A stretch of DNA of 64,000 nucleotides. It comes from Patescibacteria group bacterium. Its GTDB lineage: Bacteria > Patescibacteriota > Minisyncoccia > Moranbacterales > DUUL01. The position numbers were made by a program, and so were the translations under genes. The notes beneath the pieces are model-generated. The model ran no database searches. It had not been told where the DNA came from and saw nothing but the letters and a program-made list of their open reading frames with translations. The stretch covers positions 4,152 through 68,151 of the forward strand of contig JAYEIQ010000004.1 of NCBI GenBank assembly GCA_034660175.1, in the 5' to 3' direction. Shown one piece after another: positions 46,528-55,882 of this stretch. How positions within the stretch are numbered: position 1 is the stretch's first letter; each line of letters begins with the position of its first letter.

Positions 46528-47610
46528 GTGTATCGACAGATGCATAAAAATAAAAAACGAAGAATGGATAAAATAAAAATCATCTTGATGGCTGTTTGCG
46601 TGCTGATTTTTTCAGGTTGTAGTTTTCAAGGAAAAGCTGACGGTGGTTTTTTCAAATCGTTTAACGGTGGAGCAAGCTTTGAGCAAAAAACGAAAATTGG
46701 AGAATCAAGCTCATTTGCAAGTGGTAGTGTTCTTGATCTCGAAATTGATCCTAGCAATTCGGACATTCTCTATGCAGGCACGATATCATATGGAATCATG
46801 AGATCAACGAACGGTGGTGATGATTGGATAAGAGATGTTAGTGGATTCACGAGTGTTGAAGACATCGTGATTAATCCAAAAAATTCAAATGAAATTTATA
46901 TTACAGTGGTTCTTGGTGGAATAGGGAAGATCATGAAAACAAATGATGGTGGAGTTGAATGGGAAGAGGTTTTCACGCAAAGAACAAGTGGCGCTAGAAT
47001 GATGGCCCTTGCAATGGACAAAAACAATTCAGATATACTCTATGCTGGTGACACGTTGGGTGGAATATACAAGACATATAATGCTGGAGCAACATGGCAG
47101 TCTCTGTTGTGGGCAGACAGCTCTATCGAGAAAATAGAAATTGACAATGTGAACACATCAAAAATATATTTTGTCACTTATTCGACAGGAGCACTCAGAA
47201 CTGATGATGCAGGAGGGAACTTTGTTGAAATTGAAACGTCTGGAGTTGTGTATAATGTAGTTGCACATCCAACAAAAGAGGGAGTGGTGTTTGTTAGTGA
47301 CAAGAAAGGTTTGCATCGAAGTGGGGATAGCGGAGGAACACTGAATGAGATCAATACCATTGTTCAACCAGAAAAGTTGGGGTCGATAGGTCTTGCGGTC
47401 AATCCAAAGAATGATAATGAAATATATTTTGCGTCTGGAAGGGCTTTCTATAAGACTACAGATGGAGGACAAACATGGAAATCAGTGCAATTCAATTCAA
47501 CCAAGACAGTGGAAAGTATTGTTGTTAATCCAGAAAATACCGATATAATTTATGTTGGTACGAGCAAACAAGGAAAGTTATCGGGATTTTCCGTATTCCC
47601 GGATCTTTAG
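46528..47610 (+). CDS. lipoprotein with BNR/Asp-box beta-propeller repeats
   Basis: lipobox LIFSGC; repeated S/T-x-D-x-G-x-T/E-W motifs (TNDGGVEWEEV, YNAGATWQSL, TDDAGGNFVEI, SGDSGGTLNEI, TTDGGQTWKSV). Confidence 0.55.
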   Translation: MYRQMHKNKKRRMDKIKIILMAVCVLIFSGCSFQGKADGGFFKSFNGGASFEQKTKIGESSSFASGSVLDLEIDPSNSDILYAGTISYGIMRSTNGGDDWIRDVSGFTSVEDIVINPKNSNEIYITVVLGGIGKIMKTNDGGVEWEEVFTQRTSGARMMALAMDKNNSDILYAGDTLGGIYKTYNAGATWQSLLWADSSIEKIEIDNVNTSKIYFVTYSTGALRTDDAGGNFVEIETSGVVYNVVAHPTKEGVVFVSDKKGLHRSGDSGGTLNEINTIVQPEKLGSIGLAVNPKNDNEIYFASGRAFYKTTDGGQTWKSVQFNSTKTVESIVVNPENTDIIYVGTSKQGKLSGFSVFPDL

Positions 47611-47654
47611 GAAAGGATTAGTGCTGTTTTATTAATAATTCTTCAAAAATATTT

Positions 47655-48212
47655 ATGAAAAATGAAGATATGCAGATCATTAGACTTGAATTGGAGGGCG
47701 CGGTGGAGTTTTTTCAAGAAGAATTAATAAACATTCGAACGGGAAGGGCTAATCCGTTATTGGTGGAGGATTTGGAAATGGAGTATTATGGATCGAAGAC
47801 GCCATTGAAACAGGTAGCTTCTATTTCTGTACAAGACGCAAGGACAATTGTGATTACTCCATGGAGCAAAGATTCTTTGGTGGACATTGAAAAGGCAGTT
47901 AGTGAATCTGATTTGAATTTAAATCCTGTCAATGATGGAAATGTGATTCGATTGGTATTTCCACAACTGACAGAAGAGCGAAGAATGGAACTGGTCAAAG
48001 TGATGAAGAAGAAAACGGAGGAGGCAAGAATAAAAGTGAGAAAAGTGAGAGAGGATGCTTGGGATGGGATTCAGAAGAAAGAGAAAGATGGAAAAATTTC
48101 CGAAGATGATAAATTTCGTCAAAAAGACTCTTTGCAGGGAATCATTGATGAATTCAACAAGAAAATTGAGCAATTAAGCGATAAAAAAGAAGAAGAAGTC
48201 ATGCAAGTCTAA
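47655..48212 (+). CDS. frr: ribosome recycling factor
   Basis: 185 aa, RRF family conserved regions (IRTGRANPLLVEDLEMEYYGSKTPLKQVASISVQDARTIVITPW). Confidence 0.9.
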   Translation: MKNEDMQIIRLELEGAVEFFQEELINIRTGRANPLLVEDLEMEYYGSKTPLKQVASISVQDARTIVITPWSKDSLVDIEKAVSESDLNLNPVNDGNVIRLVFPQLTEERRMELVKVMKKKTEEARIKVRKVREDAWDGIQKKEKDGKISEDDKFRQKDSLQGIIDEFNKKIEQLSDKKEEEVMQV

Positions 48213-48435
48213 ACTTTCTTAAACACATTAAACATATAAGTCTTCTGACATTGTTGATGGTTTTTCAATGGTTTTACCGATTGCAGTGGTCATTTTTTTC
48301 TTTATCTCGTCGGTTAATTTAGAAAAGAGTGTTTATCTTTCTACGAAGCCTTGTTGCTAAGTTGAATGTTTGTAGTTTATAAGATAGTCTAATTAATATA
48401 TTTTTAAATAATAGTTATTGATAATTAAATAAAAA

Positions 48436-49611
48436 ATGTTATTAACGATAGTTGTGTTTTTGTTGATCTTGGGAACTTTGGTTTTGGTTCATGAACTGGG
48501 CCATTTTTTGGTTGCAAAGAGAAATGGTGTGCCATCAGAAGAATTTGGTTTTGGTTTCCCTCCTCGTCTTGTCGGGACATATCGTGATGCTAATGGAAAG
48601 AGAAAATGGATTTTTGGGAACAAGGAAATTGAGGAGGAAATAAAAAAAAGAGAAGAAACCGTATATTCAATAAATCTGATTCCTTTGGGCGGTTTTGTCA
48701 AGATCAAAGGAGAGGACGGTGGTAATAAGAGTGACCCAAAAAGTTTTGCTGTTCAAAGTATCTGGACACGATTCAAAATTCTTGTTGCTGGTGTGACAAT
48801 GAATGCAATTTTGGCAGTGTTTCTGTTTGGATTTGCTTTTTGGATTGGATTGCCAGAAGCTCTTGAAGATGGAGATGTCGTTGCTAAAAGCAAGGTCCAG
48901 ATTTCTGCGGTGAAAGCTGATGGTCCAGCAAAAGAAGCTGGATTGCAGCTTGGAGATGAGATTGTTTCAATTGTTACAAGTGACGGCAGTTTTGAGATAG
49001 ACAGCATTGTTTCATTGCAAGAGATTGTTAGTATTAACTCCAATCAAGAGATTACCATAAACGTTGTTCATCCAGGGGAAGAAGCGTCAGTTGCCATGAA
49101 TGTGATTCCAAAAGAGGATGAAGAAAGCGGCAGAGGCTTGGTTGGAATCGAAATTGTCAGAACAGCTCTTGTGCGACACGGTTTTTTTGAATCTTTTTGG
49201 CTTGGATTGAAAACAACAGTTTCAATGATCGGTGCGATTGTGATGTTTCTCGGGGGTTTGATAGTTAAGCTTTTTACATCTGATCCTGTTCAAACAGAGG
49301 TGGCAGGTCCAATAGGAATTGCCGTTCTTACGGGTCAGATGACTAAAATGGGGTTTGCTTTTATTTTGCAGTTTACAGCGATTCTTTCTGTGAACTTAGC
49401 AGTGATAAATCTTCTTCCTTTGCCAGCACTTGATGGTGGGAGAATTTTGTTCTTGATAGTTGAAAAAATCAAAGGTTCTCCTATAAGTCAAAAAGTTGAG
49501 GGCTTGATGCATACTGTCGGTTTTGTTTTGCTCATGGTCTTGATGGTTTTTGTTACCGCTCGAGATTTTGTGAATTTTGAAATTGTAGATAAAATAAAGG
49601 GGCTTTTTTGA
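48436..49611 (+). CDS. rseP: RIP site-2 zinc metalloprotease RseP (M50 family)
   Basis: HELGHF (HExxH) in TM1, PDZ domain, LDGG motif (ALDGGRILFL) near C-terminus. Confidence 0.85.
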   Translation: MLLTIVVFLLILGTLVLVHELGHFLVAKRNGVPSEEFGFGFPPRLVGTYRDANGKRKWIFGNKEIEEEIKKREETVYSINLIPLGGFVKIKGEDGGNKSDPKSFAVQSIWTRFKILVAGVTMNAILAVFLFGFAFWIGLPEALEDGDVVAKSKVQISAVKADGPAKEAGLQLGDEIVSIVTSDGSFEIDSIVSLQEIVSINSNQEITINVVHPGEEASVAMNVIPKEDEESGRGLVGIEIVRTALVRHGFFESFWLGLKTTVSMIGAIVMFLGGLIVKLFTSDPVQTEVAGPIGIAVLTGQMTKMGFAFILQFTAILSVNLAVINLLPLPALDGGRILFLIVEKIKGSPISQKVEGLMHTVGFVLLMVLMVFVTARDFVNFEIVDKIKGLF

Positions 49612-49814
49612 TAGTTTTGATGAGAATAACCAAAGATCTCGCTCTACAGGCGAGATCTTTTGATAGCGTTGCAAACAATTAAATTTGCGCACGTTTTATT
49701 TTGACAAAAGGTTTTGTCTGGAATTGTTGTGTGATATAATAAGTCTAGATAAGTTACAAATAAAAAAATAACAAATCCTAGTTTAGACAGGTTGTCTTAA
49801 CAGGACAAAGAAAC

Positions 49815-50477
49815 ATGAACAAAAAATTGTTGATTGTTGCTGTTTTGTGTGCGAGTGTTGGTTTTGCTGGTCTTGCACTTGCGGACAATGACACAAAAAA
49901 AACAAAAGAAGAAAGAAAAGAAGAAGTTAAACAGAAGATTGAAGAGAAAAAAGAAAAGATAGAAAAGAAGAAGGAAGAAAGAGTTGAAAAAAGAGAAGAA
50001 AAGAGAGAGAAACGTTGTGATAACATTGAAAAAAGGATTCAAACTAGGATCAATCGCTATGAAAACAACCATAGCCGACATGTGAAAATTTTGGACAAAT
50101 TAGAGGCAAGACTCTCAAAAGTTACAACATTTTTTGAAGGAAAAGAACTTGATGCTTCACAACTGAAAATTGACACAGCAATTCTCTCTACGATGATTGA
50201 CGATGTTGTGGTCACACACAAGATATTCATTGATAAGCTCAAAGAAACTAAGAACTATGTTTGTGGAGAATCTGAAGGAGATTTCAAGAGTCAACTTGGT
50301 GAGGCCAGAAAAGTTCTTCCAGAGGTCAAGAGGGGAATAGAAGAAATACGCACTTTCTATAAAGACACAATTCGACCGGAAATTTTGGATTTGCGAGCAC
50401 AACTTGAAGACGAAGATGACGACAATGACGATGACGATGACAATGACGATGACGATGACGATGAAAAAGGTGAATAA
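49815..50477 (+). CDS. secreted K/E-rich coiled-coil protein with poly-Asp/Asn tail
   Basis: signal peptide MNKKLLIVAVLCASVGFAGLALA; charged heptad-like region; C-terminal DEDDDNDDDDDNDDDDDDE encoded by (GACGAT)n-like repeat. Confidence 0.4.
   Translation: MNKKLLIVAVLCASVGFAGLALADNDTKKTKEERKEEVKQKIEEKKEKIEKKKEERVEKREEKREKRCDNIEKRIQTRINRYENNHSRHVKILDKLEARLSKVTTFFEGKELDASQLKIDTAILSTMIDDVVVTHKIFIDKLKETKNYVCGESEGDFKSQLGEARKVLPEVKRGIEEIRTFYKDTIRPEILDLRAQLEDEDDDNDDDDDNDDDDDDEKGE
50407..50464 (+). repeat. imperfect hexanucleotide (GACGAT/GACAAT) coding repeat
   Basis: gaagacgaagatgacgacaatgacgatgacgatgacaatgacgatgacgatgacgatgaa. Confidence 0.7.
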
Positions 50478-50513
50478 CGGTAATTAGAAAAATAAAAAAT
50501 AAATTTCAAAAAA

Positions 50514-50849
50514 ATGGAAGAAGAACTCTCAAAAACAAAAATAATTTTCGTAGCTGCAGTTGGGATAGTTTTTGTTGTGATGATAGGTCTTTTCATTGTT
50601 ACTATCACAAAGCAAAAGGTGCAACTAAATTCAACTGGAAATGAGATGCAAGATGTTTCTTCTGAAGCAAAAAGCGAGAATCTTGATTCAATAAAAATTG
50701 ACGAAATAGAATTCGAGGATCCTGGTGATGATGAGGTTGGAAAGGAGATCAAAGAGTTGGACGAGTTGATCAACAATACTAGACCAAGCGAACTCAGTGG
50801 TGATGATTTGTCAGATGATTTGGTTAGTGGAGAATTGGAACTTGAGTAG
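50514..50849 (+). CDS. small membrane-anchored acidic protein
   Basis: 111 aa, one TM (IIFVAAVGIVFVVMIGLFIVTI), acidic tail. Confidence 0.3.
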   Translation: MEEELSKTKIIFVAAVGIVFVVMIGLFIVTITKQKVQLNSTGNEMQDVSSEAKSENLDSIKIDEIEFEDPGDDEVGKEIKELDELINNTRPSELSGDDLSDDLVSGELELE

Positions 50850-50871
50850 TTTTCAGGAAAGTAGCTTATAA

Positions 50872-50898
50872 AATCCCGCGTTTGCGGGATTTTTTTTA
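50872..50898 (+). terminator. intrinsic terminator
   Basis: ATCCCGC-gttt-GCGGGAT followed by TTTTTTTT. Confidence 0.65.
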
Positions 50899-50935
50899 TT
50901 GGAGATGTTATAATGAAAAAAATTAACATATCAAA

Positions 50936-52885
50936 ATGCAAAATTCAAAGTGTCTAAAAAAGATTGAAAAATCCTTTCTGTTGTTGTTTGTTGGATTGTG
51001 TTTGGCTGGTTGTCTTTTCTCACTTCAAAAAGCGAAAGCTGTTGAAAATTTAGGGGCTTTTGAGATCAATGATTTTGTTGTCGATATTCACTTGGATGAA
51101 AAGGGTGTCATGATCGTGAGAGAGGAGATCGTTGTTGATTATTATGAACCAAGACATGGGATTTTCAGGAACATACCCATCAAATATCGAGATGATAAGG
51201 CTTTTTTGCACAATTTTCGATTCAAGTTGCTTTCTGTGACCAATAAAGATGGGAGCAAGTGGAAATACACCAAATACGGAGAAGAGGAAGACATGGTTAT
51301 AAAAATTGGAGATCCAAACAAAAAAGTAGACGGTAGACAGGTATATATTATTGAGTACAAAATAACTCGTGGGTTGAGATTTTTTGAGGATCATACAGAG
51401 ATCTATTGGAATCCAGTTGGTACTGGTTGGCCGACAACAATCGATCATGCAATCGCAAATGTGCACATTCCTGGAGATGTAGTTTTTGTTGATGATGATC
51501 TGATTTGTTTCACTGGTTCTTTTGGAAGCAAGAAACAAAATTGCACTCAAAAAGTGATAAGTGCAAATCATCTTCAGTTTGAAACAAGAGACAAGCTTGA
51601 GGCACATGAGGGATTGACTTTTGCTGTAAGGTTTCCGACAGAAATTGTGCAAAGACCTGGTCTTTGGATGAGAATTTTGTGGTTTGTGAGTGACAATTGG
51701 GGTTTCGCTATGCCCATTGTTGTTTTTGGCTTGATTTATGCTGTTTGGAAAAAAAGAGGCCAGGAACTGAATTTGCAAAAAACTACAATTGTTCAATATG
51801 AACCACCTGAGAACTTAACACCAGGTGAAGTGGCCTATTTGGTGAAGGAAAGATATTTAAATAACAGTGTTACTGCTGACATTGTGAATTTGGCAGTGAA
51901 AGGTTTTTTGAAAATCAATGAAATAGAAGACAACTCAACTATCGGAAAAATAAAAAAGAACACAAAGATCATCCCGATCATCATCAGTTTGGGTATTCTT
52001 GTGATGGCACTTTTCTTTGTTGTGTCTGCAATGTTTCTTGTAGGAGATGAAAGCAAGAGTCCACTTATTTTTTCAGTTGTTTTTATGAGTTTCTTTGTTT
52101 TCATAGCGTTTGCAAATTCTAAAAAATTCAAGAAGGTTATGACATCGTCTGAATATGAAGTCGAAAATATCAAAGATTGGAGAGGGGATTCGAATTTGAC
52201 AATTCATGAACAGATATTGATGAAAGGGATGTTTGGTAGCCAGGTTGGAAAAAAGGTCTTGGTAAAAAAAATGAAAAAATTTCACGAAAAAGTAACGGAT
52301 GCTCGGAAAAAGCTAAAAAAACAGATCAAAGAAAAGGGATATTTTGAAAACCACCTTCTCAACTCAAGGGTTGTTTGGATTTTACTGGGAATTGCTGTGG
52401 GTGTTGGAACTTTGATGTGTGGATCTGTATTTGAGCGTGTTGATATTGTCATAGGAGGTTTTCTGTCGTCTATAGTCTTGTTTATTTTTGGCGCAGTGAT
52501 GTCAAAAAAGACACACAAAGGAGCAGAGGCGTATCGTTGGGCAAAAGGATTTGAGGATTATATAAAGACAGCAGAACGTTATCGGGTTAAATTTCAGGAA
52601 GATGAGAAGATTTTCGAGAAAGTTTTGCCATACGCCATGGTTCTTGGTTTGGCAGACAAGTGGGCAAAGGCATTTGAAGGTATATATGAAAATAATCCTG
52701 ATTGGTATTCATCTTTGTCTGCGCAGGCATTTCATCCAGCGCTTTTTGCATCATCATTGAATGACAATTTTGGCTCTGCAACACAATCTGTTTCAAATCC
52801 TCCAAGCTCATCTTCGTCTGGATTCTCTGGTGGAGGTGGATCCTCTGGTGGCGGAGGTGGCGGAGGTGGAGGAGGAAGTTGGTAA
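50936..52885 (+). CDS. DUF2207-family membrane protein with Gly-rich C-terminal tail
   Basis: signal peptide, large extracytoplasmic domain, multiple TMs, C-terminus SSSSGFSGGGGSSGGGGGGGGGGSW typical of DUF2207/YciQ-like proteins. Confidence 0.6.
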   Translation: MQNSKCLKKIEKSFLLLFVGLCLAGCLFSLQKAKAVENLGAFEINDFVVDIHLDEKGVMIVREEIVVDYYEPRHGIFRNIPIKYRDDKAFLHNFRFKLLSVTNKDGSKWKYTKYGEEEDMVIKIGDPNKKVDGRQVYIIEYKITRGLRFFEDHTEIYWNPVGTGWPTTIDHAIANVHIPGDVVFVDDDLICFTGSFGSKKQNCTQKVISANHLQFETRDKLEAHEGLTFAVRFPTEIVQRPGLWMRILWFVSDNWGFAMPIVVFGLIYAVWKKRGQELNLQKTTIVQYEPPENLTPGEVAYLVKERYLNNSVTADIVNLAVKGFLKINEIEDNSTIGKIKKNTKIIPIIISLGILVMALFFVVSAMFLVGDESKSPLIFSVVFMSFFVFIAFANSKKFKKVMTSSEYEVENIKDWRGDSNLTIHEQILMKGMFGSQVGKKVLVKKMKKFHEKVTDARKKLKKQIKEKGYFENHLLNSRVVWILLGIAVGVGTLMCGSVFERVDIVIGGFLSSIVLFIFGAVMSKKTHKGAEAYRWAKGFEDYIKTAERYRVKFQEDEKIFEKVLPYAMVLGLADKWAKAFEGIYENNPDWYSSLSAQAFHPALFASSLNDNFGSATQSVSNPPSSSSSGFSGGGGSSGGGGGGGGGGSW

Positions 52886-53254
52886 AGAGTTCTTTGTAAT
52901 TTACAAATCTTCAAATAAAGTGTATAAATAAAATTCAACTGAATCATTAACTATCATATGAGGAGATGACCATTGCTGAGCAGTGAGTTTTGATAAAAAC
53001 GGGGGATATTACTATTGTTAATGGTTTGTCAATTGACCAGTATAATTCTTGTGCTGATCAAATTATGGAAGCGAATTCATTCAAGACGAATGAAGATCTT
53101 GCTTCGGAGACAATTGTATCTTGGAAGGGGTGGCAACTATTTTATTGAGCAGCTTCTCCATGGTAGCAACACGAAGATCAGACTCGATCACAAAAAATTA
53201 CTCATTCTGATTTTGAATGAGTAATTTTTAATTGTGGAAAGCTGGATTTGTTGT

Positions 53255-54487
53255 TTATTGAGTTTCTTCTGTTTGTGGGGGTACAGTGGCAGCTTCAGCT
53301 TCTTTCTCCAGTCTTTCGTCACGTTTTTCAGCGTCTTCATGGCTGATTCTTTGGTCATGACCGAGAACGTGCATCCAAATCTGTCCTGGGACAAATTTGA
53401 TTTCTTCTCCGTTTTTGTCAAAGAATTGAAAGCGATTTTCCATTCCCTTATCACGTTTCCAGGTTCCTTCAATGTGTTGGCCGTTGATGAAAAAATCTGC
53501 CTCGTCTTGGTGCTTTCTGTCAAACCATGGGTCTCCCAATTGCATGTTGGGATATCCGTTGTTATCATTGAGACGATGTTGTTGGTCTATTCCTTCCCAT
53601 GGATCCCAAAAACCTTGGGACACGTAGTCAGTGTCTAGCAGCCAGGCATCTTTTTTGGTGATTATGGTAATCAGATTTTTCGGGGAGTGTTGTTGTTCGT
53701 TTGCATAGTCCACGCTTGGGTTTCCAAATAGATGTCTTTTGTATGAATTTGTTTGTTTGTCATATAGATACTCGGCAACATAACCGTCTTTGTTATATTT
53801 CACGCTTACTTTTGCATATTCTGGTCGTTGGTCGAGCGGAATGTCGTTTTGGTGTGGAAATTTCTTTGTTTGTGACTCCATTCGGTAGTTGTTTTTGCGA
53901 GCAACATTAATCAATTCTAGTGGATTGGAGGATGCGGATGACAAGTGACTCATTGGACCTTCTCGGCGAAAACAGGCAGGATATCCTCCTCCCGGAGCAA
54001 CCTCTCCATTGCAATCGATGTGGTCAATGACATCTTTTTTTAGGAGAGCTTTCCCCACACTGGAACCTCCCCAAGGGACAAAAATCGCATCAAGTGAGCC
54101 GGCAACGGAAATGTGATCTGTTCTACCAGAGCGCATTGGTCCAACGATCTGGGGAAGATTGCATTGAAATACTCCCATGATGCGTGGGATGCCGTGCACT
54201 GCGCGATGAGGCATTTCAAGCACAAAATCAGCGCTTGAAAGACCTGACATATAGGCATGGTCAATGTCTGAATACATTATTGCAAATGCTCTTTTGTTGT
54301 AGTTGTCGCAAGGAAGTGCTGTGATTGGTGAAGCGTCCTGTGGCCAATCAAACTTCTCTTGTTGCCTGATGGGATCTTGCTCGATGACGAGTTGTTTTTG
54401 TGGCTCTTTTCTATTCAACAAGAAAAGGGCAATGCATGTGATCAACAACAAAACGACAGCTGTAATAAGAAGCTTTTTGTTTTTCAT
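53255..54487 (-). CDS. DUF3048-domain secreted protein (YerB-like)
   Basis: N-terminal signal/TM; RAFAIMYSDIDHAYMSGLSSADFVLEMPHRAVHGIPRIMGVFQ resembles DUF3048 core. Confidence 0.55.
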   Translation of the reverse strand: MKNKKLLITAVVLLLITCIALFLLNRKEPQKQLVIEQDPIRQQEKFDWPQDASPITALPCDNYNKRAFAIMYSDIDHAYMSGLSSADFVLEMPHRAVHGIPRIMGVFQCNLPQIVGPMRSGRTDHISVAGSLDAIFVPWGGSSVGKALLKKDVIDHIDCNGEVAPGGGYPACFRREGPMSHLSSASSNPLELINVARKNNYRMESQTKKFPHQNDIPLDQRPEYAKVSVKYNKDGYVAEYLYDKQTNSYKRHLFGNPSVDYANEQQHSPKNLITIITKKDAWLLDTDYVSQGFWDPWEGIDQQHRLNDNNGYPNMQLGDPWFDRKHQDEADFFINGQHIEGTWKRDKGMENRFQFFDKNGEEIKFVPGQIWMHVLGHDQRISHEDAEKRDERLEKEAEAATVPPQTEETQ

Positions 54488-54659
54488 TTTTTATTTCTCT
54501 TGATTTTTTTATTTGCGACTTGTTGAGTCGCTTAATTATTTTATTATATCAGAATTCATGATTGTTTGAAAAGGAACTTTTTTGTTGTATATTGAATATA
54601 GGCTTGTCGATAGCAATCAAACTCTTCAAGGACTATTATTTATTATTTTATGTTCAGCT

Positions 54660-55217
54660 ATGAAAGAAAAAAGAAAAAAACGCATTGTGCTCATTCCGTT
54701 TCTTTTGTTATTCACACTGCTTCTTTGTGGTTGTGACAGGAAGGGGATTGAAGCTGAAAACACCTTTCAAGTAGATGAGATCGAGAATAGGCAACAAGAG
54801 CTTTTCAATGTTCTGCATGTCGTTGATGGCGACACTTTTTCTGTGTGGATGAATGATAAAATCGAAACAGTGAGGGTGATCGGAATTGATTCACCAGAAA
54901 CAGGAGAAAAATATCGACGAAAGGAATGTTTTGGACGTGAGTCGACACAAATGGCAATTGAAGTTCTAAGTGACAAGAAAGTTTTATTGAAAACTGATTT
55001 GACTCAAGATGATCGTGACCAATATGACAGACTTTTGCGTCATGTTTTCTTAGAGGATGGAACAAACTATGGTTTGAAAATGATTGAAATTGGATTTGCT
55101 GAAGAGTTGACCTTCAAGGGCAGACAATATGAGCATCAGGATGAATATAAAAGCGCACAAGAAAAAGCAAAACAAGATAAACAGGGACTATGGGAGGTCT
55201 GTAAAAGTAAACAATAG
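54660..55217 (+). CDS. staphylococcal-nuclease-like (thermonuclease) lipoprotein
   Basis: lipobox LLLCGC; SNase core VLHVVDGDTFSVWMNDKIETVRVIGIDSPETGEKYRR...; start taken at internal ATG 54660. Confidence 0.7.
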   Translation: MKEKRKKRIVLIPFLLLFTLLLCGCDRKGIEAENTFQVDEIENRQQELFNVLHVVDGDTFSVWMNDKIETVRVIGIDSPETGEKYRRKECFGRESTQMAIEVLSDKKVLLKTDLTQDDRDQYDRLLRHVFLEDGTNYGLKMIEIGFAEELTFKGRQYEHQDEYKSAQEKAKQDKQGLWEVCKSKQ

Positions 55218-55882
55218 AAACACGAAGTGTTGCAAGATAGTTCAATTTTATATATTATTTTCTTTCATTACTTTTTTTGATAACCTCAAACTTTAACGGA
55301 GGCATTTATGAAAAGAGTTTATGGTGATTTCAAGAAGGGTGACACATCTTTTTTGCTGGTGGTGTGAAGTTGACCATTGTTTGGACCATGATTGTTTTTT
55401 GTTGATTACAGAAAATGCTCATTTTTGAGAAATGAGAGTGTCTATGCTGTCAGCTAAGCAATTAGCAAAGAAAGAAGCGAAAGAAATAAAGGAGAGAAAA
55501 AGGCAACAGCAAATAAAAAAGGTCAACAGTGGAACAAAACGTGGTTATCCGATTTTTCTTGGTGGATGGAGCAGAAAGAACAAGACCAAGGATAAAGGCA
55601 AAAGAAAGCGAAGCAGGCGATGGTATGAAGTTTAAACATTTCTGTTATAAAGACCATATGGAAAGTCAGGATGGGTCAATTGACTATTTTCTAGACTTTT
55701 GTTTTTGGAAAAAGAATGATCTCTATTTTTGACAAGGCCCCAAATGTCCGATAAGATAGGGGAAGCTGAGGCTTTTTAGTCCATAGTTTTTTGGTTTCTT
55801 CGAGTATTATTGATTGGATTGAAATCAAAAAAGACAGGACTAGACTTTATTCAAAAATAAATTAAATATTGGAAACAAAAGG

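Noticed and set aside
55432-55732. Lys/Arg-rich small ORFs (67 aa each) between the nuclease gene and proS, considered as ribosomal-protein-like genes
   Set aside because: No match to any ribosomal protein signature I recognise. Low-complexity basic sequence typical of spurious ORFs in AT-rich intergenic DNA.
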